From a virus (Duplodnaviria; Heunggongvirae; Uroviricota; Caudoviricetes), in IMG/VR virus record IMGVR_UViG_2700989171_000006: a stretch of DNA of 4,874 bases; one strand, given 5' to 3'. Positions within the stretch are counted from its first letter, which is position 1. Each line of letters starts with the position of its first letter. Shown in pieces: positions 1 through 4,874 of the stretch. Below the pieces are notes generated by a model that saw only the letters and a program-made list of their open reading frames with translations, was not told where the DNA came from and did not search any database. A program made the translations under genes and the position numbers.

Positions 1-31
1 AGCGGGCTTGTAATGGGTTAAGTGATAACAG

Positions 32-792
32 ATGTCTGGAAATATAGGGGCAAATCCAGCAATCATCAAACTGTCTTGGATAGAAGCCGCAGTGGATGCG
101 CACAAAACGTTAAATTTCGAACCCAGTGGAAGAAAGCGTATTGGCTTTGACGTGGCTGACAGTGGTACAGATAAGTGCGCTAACGTTTACCGTCACGGAT
201 CCGTTGTTTTCTGGGCCGACGAATGGAAGGCCAAAGAAGATGAATTACTGAAGAGCTGCCAGCGTACTTATCAGGCGGCGCTGGAGCGTGAAGCAGATAT
301 TGTTTACGACTCTATCGGTGTTGGTGCGTCTGCCGGTGCTAAATTCTCTGAAATTAACGCTGACCGGAAGAGCGAGAACGCATACGCGCGACGTGTGAAT
401 TACCAGAGGTTTAACGCCGGTGCTGGTGTGCATGAGCCAGATGACGAGTACAACGGCATCCCCAACAAAGACTTTTTCGCAAATCTTAAGGCTCAGGCAT
501 GGTGGCTGACCGTTTCAGAAATACGTTTAACGCCATTAACAACGGAGAACAGTATCCTGTGGATGAGCTGATCAGCATAGATTCTCGTTGTCCGTTGCTT
601 GAAAAGCTGAAACTGGAACTGACAACACCTCATCGTGATTTCGACCGTAACGGACGTGTGATGGTCGAAAGTAAAAAAGACCTCGCAAAACGCGAGATAC
701 CGTCACCAAACGTTGCTGATGCATTCATTATGGCCTTCGCGCCAATCGATACATCGCTGGATATCTGGGAACAGCTGGGGAGACAGGCCTGA
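32..792 (+). CDS. Terminase large subunit, C-terminal nuclease domain; reading frame interrupted (ORF pieces 32..571 and 499..792), so possible pseudogene or indel error
   Basis: The frame of 32..571 encodes motifs typical of the RNase-H-like nuclease domain of large terminases (RIGFDVADSGTDKCA, ADIVYDSIGVGA). The frame of 499..792 encodes the conserved C-terminal acidic motif (SPNVADAFIMAF) and ends in a TGATG stop/start overlap with the next gene. The two pieces are in different frames, with the switch needed between about 490 and 571. Stop codons occur in all three + frames within 11..47, so an upstream ATPase domain cannot be continuous with this ORF as sequenced. Confidence 0.75.
777..782 (+). 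promoter_or_regulatory. Shine-Dalgarno-like GGGGAG for the portal gene
   Basis: GGGGAG lies 9 nt upstream of ATG 792..794. Confidence 0.5.
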
Positions 793-2258
793 TGGCACGA
801 AACAAACAAGCCCTGCGGCGAACTGTGCAGGCCACAGCTGATGGTTATGAGAATTTTATTGCCCGAGTAGGGATGCAGACACCTAACCAGCACTCAGCAT
901 CCACCTACCGGGCTAATTTCACCAGTCGTAACCGCATGCTGGTGGAATGGTCCTATCGTTCATCCTGGATCATCGGCGAAGCAGTCGATGCTATCCCGGA
1001 TGATATGACCCGCAAAGGCATTCGCATCACTTCGGAAATTGATGCAAAAGATCGTGGCATTCTCGAATCACAACTGGATGAGTTGCAAATCTGGGATGCG
1101 CTGAATGACGTGCTGAAATGGTCGCGCCTCTACGGCGGCGCGGTGGGTTTCATCATGATTGAGGGGCAGGCACCAATGACCCCGCTGCGACCCGAAACCA
1201 TCGGTAAGGGCAAGTTTAAGGGGATTCTCCCGCTCGACCGCTGGATGGTCGACCCGGCACTGACCCGCCGCATTAAAGATATGGGGCCGGACCTGGGTAA
1301 ACCTGAGTTTTACGATGTGGTGACCACAGCAACGGGAATTCCTGCCTGGCGCATTCATCACAGTCGCCTGATTCGCTTTGATGGCGTCACGTTGCCATTT
1401 CAGCAGAAGATGACCGAGAACGAATGGGGAATGTCGGTTGTAGAGCGTATCTGGGATCGTCTTACCGCGTTCGACAGCGCTACTGTCGGCGCGGCGCAGC
1501 TGGTCTACAAGGCGCATTTGCGTACCTACAGCGTGGAGAAGCTACGCGAGCTTATCGCACTTGGTGGTCCTGCGTATGAAGCGTTGCTGAAGAATATCGA
1601 CCTGATTCGACAGTTCCAGAGTAATGAAGGCATGACGCTCATGGACTCGCGGGATAAGTTTGAAACCCATCAGTACAGCTTCAGTGGTCTGGATGACATC
1701 CTTTCGCAGTTTGCAGAACAGATTAGTGGCGCTGTTGGTATCCCACTGGTGCGGTTGTTCGGACAGTCCCCGAAAGGATTTTCTACCGGTGATGCAGACC
1801 TTGCCAACTATTACGATCGCATCAGTTCGTTGCAGGAGAGGCGTTTACGTCTTCCGGTGCGGCGGATACTGGACATCATGCATCGTTCGGAACTTGGCAA
1901 GCCGCTGCCGGACGATTTCACGTTTGAGTTTAACCCGCTCTGGCAAATGTCTGATGTCGATCGCTCAACGGTGGCGTTAAACACCACCAACGCAATCAGT
2001 ACGGCGATGGGTGATGGTCTGATGACACTGAAAGCCGCTATGACTGATTTGCGAGAAAATTCTGACGTAACCGGCATAGGGGCATCCATTACCAACGAGG
2101 ACATCGAGAATGCCGAAGATGAAGCGCCGCCCGGCATCGGCGAACCTGATGACGAACCGCAGGAGCCGTCAGGCGGAAATCCGGTATCGAACCAGCCTAC
2201 GCAGGATAGCGAGGGCGGTCGGAGACATCGTAAATGGTCGCTACGATGGTTCAAATGA
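792..2258 (+). CDS. Phage portal protein (DUF1073-like family as recalled)
   Basis: 488-aa ORF with GGGGAG 9 nt upstream. Its ATG overlaps the terminase stop (TGATG at 790..794). It sits in the canonical slot between terminase and the MuF-like gene. Size and sequence character fit portal proteins, and it ends in an acidic low-complexity tail (EDEAPPGIGEPDDEPQEPSGG...). The last ~50 codons overlap the next gene. Confidence 0.8.
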   Translation: MARNKQALRRTVQATADGYENFIARVGMQTPNQHSASTYRANFTSRNRMLVEWSYRSSWIIGEAVDAIPDDMTRKGIRITSEIDAKDRGILESQLDELQIWDALNDVLKWSRLYGGAVGFIMIEGQAPMTPLRPETIGKGKFKGILPLDRWMVDPALTRRIKDMGPDLGKPEFYDVVTTATGIPAWRIHHSRLIRFDGVTLPFQQKMTENEWGMSVVERIWDRLTAFDSATVGAAQLVYKAHLRTYSVEKLRELIALGGPAYEALLKNIDLIRQFQSNEGMTLMDSRDKFETHQYSFSGLDDILSQFAEQISGAVGIPLVRLFGQSPKGFSTGDADLANYYDRISSLQERRLRLPVRRILDIMHRSELGKPLPDDFTFEFNPLWQMSDVDRSTVALNTTNAISTAMGDGLMTLKAAMTDLRENSDVTGIGASITNEDIENAEDEAPPGIGEPDDEPQEPSGGNPVSNQPTQDSEGGRRHRKWSLRWFK

Positions 2259-2892
2259 CAGTATCACGGAAATTATTGCGGCGCTGGAGCGTTACAGTGA
2301 AATCATCACCCCCTGGGCGACAAAGGTCGCGGAAAACTTTACTGCGGACCTAACCCGGCAGAACGAGAAAGTTTGGCGGCAACACAGCAAGAACATCAGT
2401 CGCGAGCTCCGCAATCTTGTGGAAAGCGCTCCTGTGGGCCAGGTGATGCAATCCATCATCGCCGAACAGGTCAAGTACATCAAATCTCTGCCTCTCGAGG
2501 CCGCAGACAGGGTGTACGACATCCAGAACAAAGCGATAGAGGCTGTTGTCACCGGTGGTCGGGCGGAGCAGTTTGCTAAAGAGATTGCATCTACCGGCGA
2601 TGTTGCTAAGTCTAGGGCCGATCTGATTGCCCGAACGGAACTGGGAAGAGCAACGGGCGCGCTGGATATGGCCCGAGCGATAGCTATTGGCTCGGATGGT
2701 TATATTTGGCGTACAGCCGATGATGGCGATGTCCGAGATTCCCACGATCACATGAAAGGTAAATTCGTCCGCTGGGATTCACCTCCAACTTTGGACGGCA
2801 TGACCGGCCACGCGGGCGAGCTGCCAAACTGCCGCTGCTATAAAGAGATCGTGTTTGTTCGCGTTCCATTCGCAATGAAAAGGGCAGCATAA
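2110..2892 (+). CDS. Head morphogenesis / minor head protein, MuF (SPP1 gp7) family
   Basis: 260-aa ORF whose C-terminal half carries MuF-type motifs (IARTELGRATG, WRTADDGDVRDSHDHMKGKF, NCRCY). GAGG lies 9 nt upstream of ATG 2110. The start is uncertain (ATG at 2110, 2119 or 2149), and every candidate lies inside the portal ORF. Confidence 0.8.
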   Translation: MPKMKRRPASANLMTNRRSRQAEIRYRTSLRRIARAVGDIVNGRYDGSNDSITEIIAALERYSEIITPWATKVAENFTADLTRQNEKVWRQHSKNISRELRNLVESAPVGQVMQSIIAEQVKYIKSLPLEAADRVYDIQNKAIEAVVTGGRAEQFAKEIASTGDVAKSRADLIARTELGRATGALDMARAIAIGSDGYIWRTADDGDVRDSHDHMKGKFVRWDSPPTLDGMTGHAGELPNCRCYKEIVFVRVPFAMKRAA

Positions 2893-2895
2893 CCC

Positions 2896-4103
2896 ATGAA
2901 ATACTTTTTTGAGACCAGGCTCGGGGAAACCCGATACCGCCTGGCTGACGGCTCGTTGCTGTGCAAAGACGTGCCGATAGGACGAACAGGTAAGCAGCTC
3001 TATGGTGCTGATGACCTGCCAAAACTGAAACCCGATAAGTTCGTTGAAATAGTCGTCACGCGTTCTCCTGAGCAGGTATTCCATCCGGCCACGCTTGCCT
3101 CATTCGAAGGGATGAGCATCACGATCCTGCATCCTGAAGATGAAAACGGGAATGTGCGGCTGGTAAATCCCGAGAACTGGAAAGTGCTTGCTGTCGGGCA
3201 CCTCCAGAATGTCCGGCGCGGGACGGGTGAGCAGTCTGATTTGATGCTGGCTGACCTTATCGTCAAAGACGAAAGCGCCATTCAGCTTATCGAAGATGGC
3301 CTGCGCGAAGTGTCGTGCGGCTATGACGCGGAGTACGAGCAGACCGAGCCAGGTAAAGCCGAGCAGGTCGATATTACCGGAAACCATGTGGCTCTTGTCC
3401 CTAAAGGCAGAGCCGGAAATCGTTGTGCAATTGGAGACAGAGACACAATGGCAAATCAAAAGAAAAACTGGTGGAACCGCATGCGTGCGGCCATCAAGAC
3501 AGGAGATGCCGACACCATGAACGAACTGGTGGAGTCGGCTCCCGCATCGGTTACAGGAGATGAGGGGGATTTGCCGCAGGGCGTTAATCTCAACATCAAC
3601 CTGTCCCCGCAGCAACCACTACCGGACAAAGCACCAGAGATGGGCGGAGATCCAACCGGCGACAGTGATGATGACCTCAAAACATTACTGAAAGCCCTGC
3701 TGGCTAAGCTGGAAAGAAATGCCACGGGCGATAACGATAATAAGCCTGACGATAATCCGACCGGTGACGGCGAGGACGATGAAGAGGAAACCACGATTAC
3801 TGGTGACTCAGCCTGGCGTGCCGAAGTTATCGTTCCGGGTATCGATCTGAGCCGTAAGATGAAACCGACCGCGTTCAAACGCGAGGTTCTGGCTTCCGCT
3901 GACAAAACGCTGGTTCGCCAGATAGTCGGTGATGCGGATATCCGCAAATTACCGAAACAATCGGTCGACATGGCGTTTAATGCCGTGTCTGAGGTTGCCA
4001 AAGGGCGAAACACCCGCGCCACCACCGGCGATGCACAGCGCCTAAACATGGGCATGACCAGTATCGCTTCCCTGAACAAACAAAACGCTGAATTCTGGGC
4101 AAA
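2896..4103 (+). CDS. Large acidic head-assembly protein with a DUF2213-like N-terminal domain; putative prohead protease/scaffold; 3' end hidden by the N-run
   Basis: ATG 2896 lies 3 nt after the MuF stop, and 402 codons are readable before the N-run. The N-terminal ~180 aa resemble DUF2213 phage proteins as recalled. The C-terminal half is acidic and low-complexity with a helical-looking stretch (LKTLLKALLAKLERN). The gene occupies the protease/scaffold slot between the MuF and capsid genes. The ORF-track extension through X residues to the stop at 4240..4242 cannot be interpreted. Confidence 0.7.
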
Positions 4104-4222
4104 NNNNNNNNNNNNNNNNNNNNNNNNNNNNNNNNNNNNNNNNNNNNNNNNNNNNNNNNNNNNNNNNNNNNNNNNNNNNNNNNNNNNNNNNNNNNNNNNN
4201 NNNNNNNNNNNNNNNNNNNNNN
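4104..4222. other. Run of 119 N (masked or unresolved sequence)
   Basis: Directly visible: the N characters start at 4104 and end at 4222. Confidence 0.99.
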
Positions 4223-4529
4223 CTCTCGCCCGCAGGACTTAACCGTCGAACCGGTGGTCCTTAAATCCGATAACGCCTTCGCTGCCTATGGCCTGGCTGG
4301 TAAATACGATGATGACGGTTTTTTCGTGCCGCTGGCAGATGGTGATACCGCAGACAAGGTGAAGGGGATCTACGTGCGCCCTTATCCGACCACGTCGCAG
4401 CCGGACATGGTTCGCCAGGTGGGAACAGGCAAGAACTTCCCGGGCGACGCCATGAAGCGTGGCTACGTGACCGTTAATCTCGGTTCTGATTTTGATGCCA
4501 GCACTATCAAAAAAGGCGATCTCCACTGA
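4223..4529 (+). CDS. Small head-module protein (possible decoration/cement-type protein), 5' end hidden by the N-run
   Basis: The frame is open from the first unmasked base to TGA 4527..4529, with coding-like codon usage (CTG, CCG, GGC, GTG rich). GTG 4254 has no convincing Shine-Dalgarno, so the start is probably inside the masked region. Gly/Asp-rich composition. Location immediately upstream of the capsid gene. The functional label is a guess. Confidence 0.55.
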
Positions 4530-4562
4530 TGAATCCATCAAAGTGCCTCTGGGTGGATTCAT
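4529..4562 (+). other. Inverted repeat / potential RNA hairpin (9-bp stem ATGAATCCA / TGGATTCAT, extendable to 11 bp with one G-U pair)
   Basis: Arms 4529..4537 and 4554..4562 are exact reverse complements. The stem includes the last base of the upstream TGA stop and the first two bases of ATG 4561. No T-run follows. Confidence 0.4.
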
Positions 4563-4662
4563 GTCCACGTCAGTCAGTGGCAAAAACGTGGTGCTGACCA
4601 ACGCTGAATTCACAGGTGCCGGTGATGCTGACGGCAATGCAGAAATTTCCTGGAAGATTTAA
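4561..4662 (+). CDS. 33-codon ORF (MSTSVSGKNVVLTNAEFTGAGDADGNAEISWKI), either a small independent gene or the frameshifted C-terminus of the preceding protein
   Basis: ATG 4561 to TAA 4660..4662. Codon usage is coding-like. The same frame is open back to 4471 and contains an alternative ATG at 4495. The track omits it because of its short length. Confidence 0.3.
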   Translation: MSTSVSGKNVVLTNAEFTGAGDADGNAEISWKI

Positions 4663-4666
4663 GGAA
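4661..4666 (+). promoter_or_regulatory. Strong Shine-Dalgarno AAGGAA for the capsid gene
   Basis: AAGGAA lies 7 nt upstream of ATG 4674 and overlaps the TAA stop of the small ORF. Confidence 0.6.
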
Positions 4667-4673
4667 CAGACGA

Positions 4674-4874
4674 ATGATTACTTTTGATCAGGCAACCGTT
4701 GACAGCTCTGGTGCCTTTCTCATCGGGGAGCTGGAGAGACTCGACCAGACGCTGAACCTGCCACTGGTGGGGTACACCTGGAGCCGCGATATTCAACTGC
4801 GTGAAGACGCCTCCATCGCAGATGACATTTCCAGCTGGACGAATACCAGCTTCGCCGCTGCGGGTACTGGCGCA
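4674..4874 (+). CDS. Probable major capsid protein, N-terminal 67 codons (runs off the window end)
   Basis: ATG 4674 with a strong SD. The ORF is open to the window end. The N-terminus MITFDQATVDSSGAFLIGELERLDQTLNLPLV... resembles the N-termini of major capsid proteins that follow DUF2213-type genes, as recalled. It sits in the expected slot after the scaffold and small-protein genes. Confidence 0.55.
   Translation, partial: MITFDQATVDSSGAFLIGELERLDQTLNLPLVGYTWSRDIQLREDASIADDISSWTNTSFAAAGTGA

Noticed and set aside
2110-2892. MuF-fused polymorphic toxin domain
   Set aside because: The MuF-like protein is only 260 aa and ends right after the MuF core (NCRCY...), so there is no room for a C-terminal toxin module.
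1660-3520. Plus-strand alternative-frame ORFs 1660..1980, 2373..2579 and 3296..3520
   Set aside because: They are embedded out of frame inside the portal, MuF and scaffold-like genes. They have no RBS and give Cys/Arg-rich, random-looking translations.
3646-3795. Acidic stretch as a free-standing DNA-mimic anti-restriction protein
   Set aside because: It is an internal segment of the scaffold-like ORF in a head-assembly context. Acidic low-complexity regions are common in scaffold and portal proteins.
4509-4515. Classical -1 programmed frameshift at the A AAA AAG-like run
   Set aside because: The -1 frame after the run is short and gives a Cys/Trp-rich nonsense tail ending at 4595..4597. 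Only the +1 frame looks coding.
4529-4562. Hairpin as a Rho-independent terminator
   Set aside because: No downstream T-run. It sits between co-transcribed late genes immediately before the highly expressed capsid gene.
245-4637. All twelve minus-strand ORFs in the track (245..433, 630..893, 1068..1517, 1811..2254, 2292..2552, 2350..2751, 2684..3022, 2779..3084, 3000..3281, 3100..3615, 3456..4079, 4239..4637)
   Set aside because: Each lies entirely antisense to a well-supported + strand gene. Their translations are compositionally odd (Cys/Trp/Arg/Ser-rich) and have no recognisable motifs. The 207-aa Ser-rich one at 3456..4079 is simply the complement of the acidic GAT/GAC-rich scaffold region.
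1-4874. tRNA, rRNA, CRISPR repeats, IS-element terminal inverted repeats, integrase or att sites
   Set aside because: Nothing in the window resembles them on reading: the window is almost entirely protein-coding on one strand, with no repeat-spacer periodicity and no cloverleaf-like segments.

Overview
This 4.9-kb window reads as the head-morphogenesis module of a tailed phage or prophage. Every credible gene is on the + strand and tightly packed: 3' part of a terminase large-subunit gene (nuclease domain, reading frame interrupted) -> portal protein -> MuF/SPP1-gp7-like minor head protein -> large acidic protein with a DUF2213-like N-terminal domain (putative prohead protease/scaffold) -> 119-nt run of N -> small head-module protein -> 33-codon ORF -> 5' end of a probable major capsid protein. 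Codon usage looks enterobacterial by eye (not computed). I see no rRNA, tRNA, CRISPR array, IS element or integrase. I could not support a novel defence or anti-defence system from the sequence. The points worth a second look are several reading-frame anomalies (terminase, portal/MuF overlap, an A6 run before the capsid gene), a possible nested scaffold start, a strongly over-represented TGD motif and the masked gap. All family names are recalled from motif patterns, not from any search.
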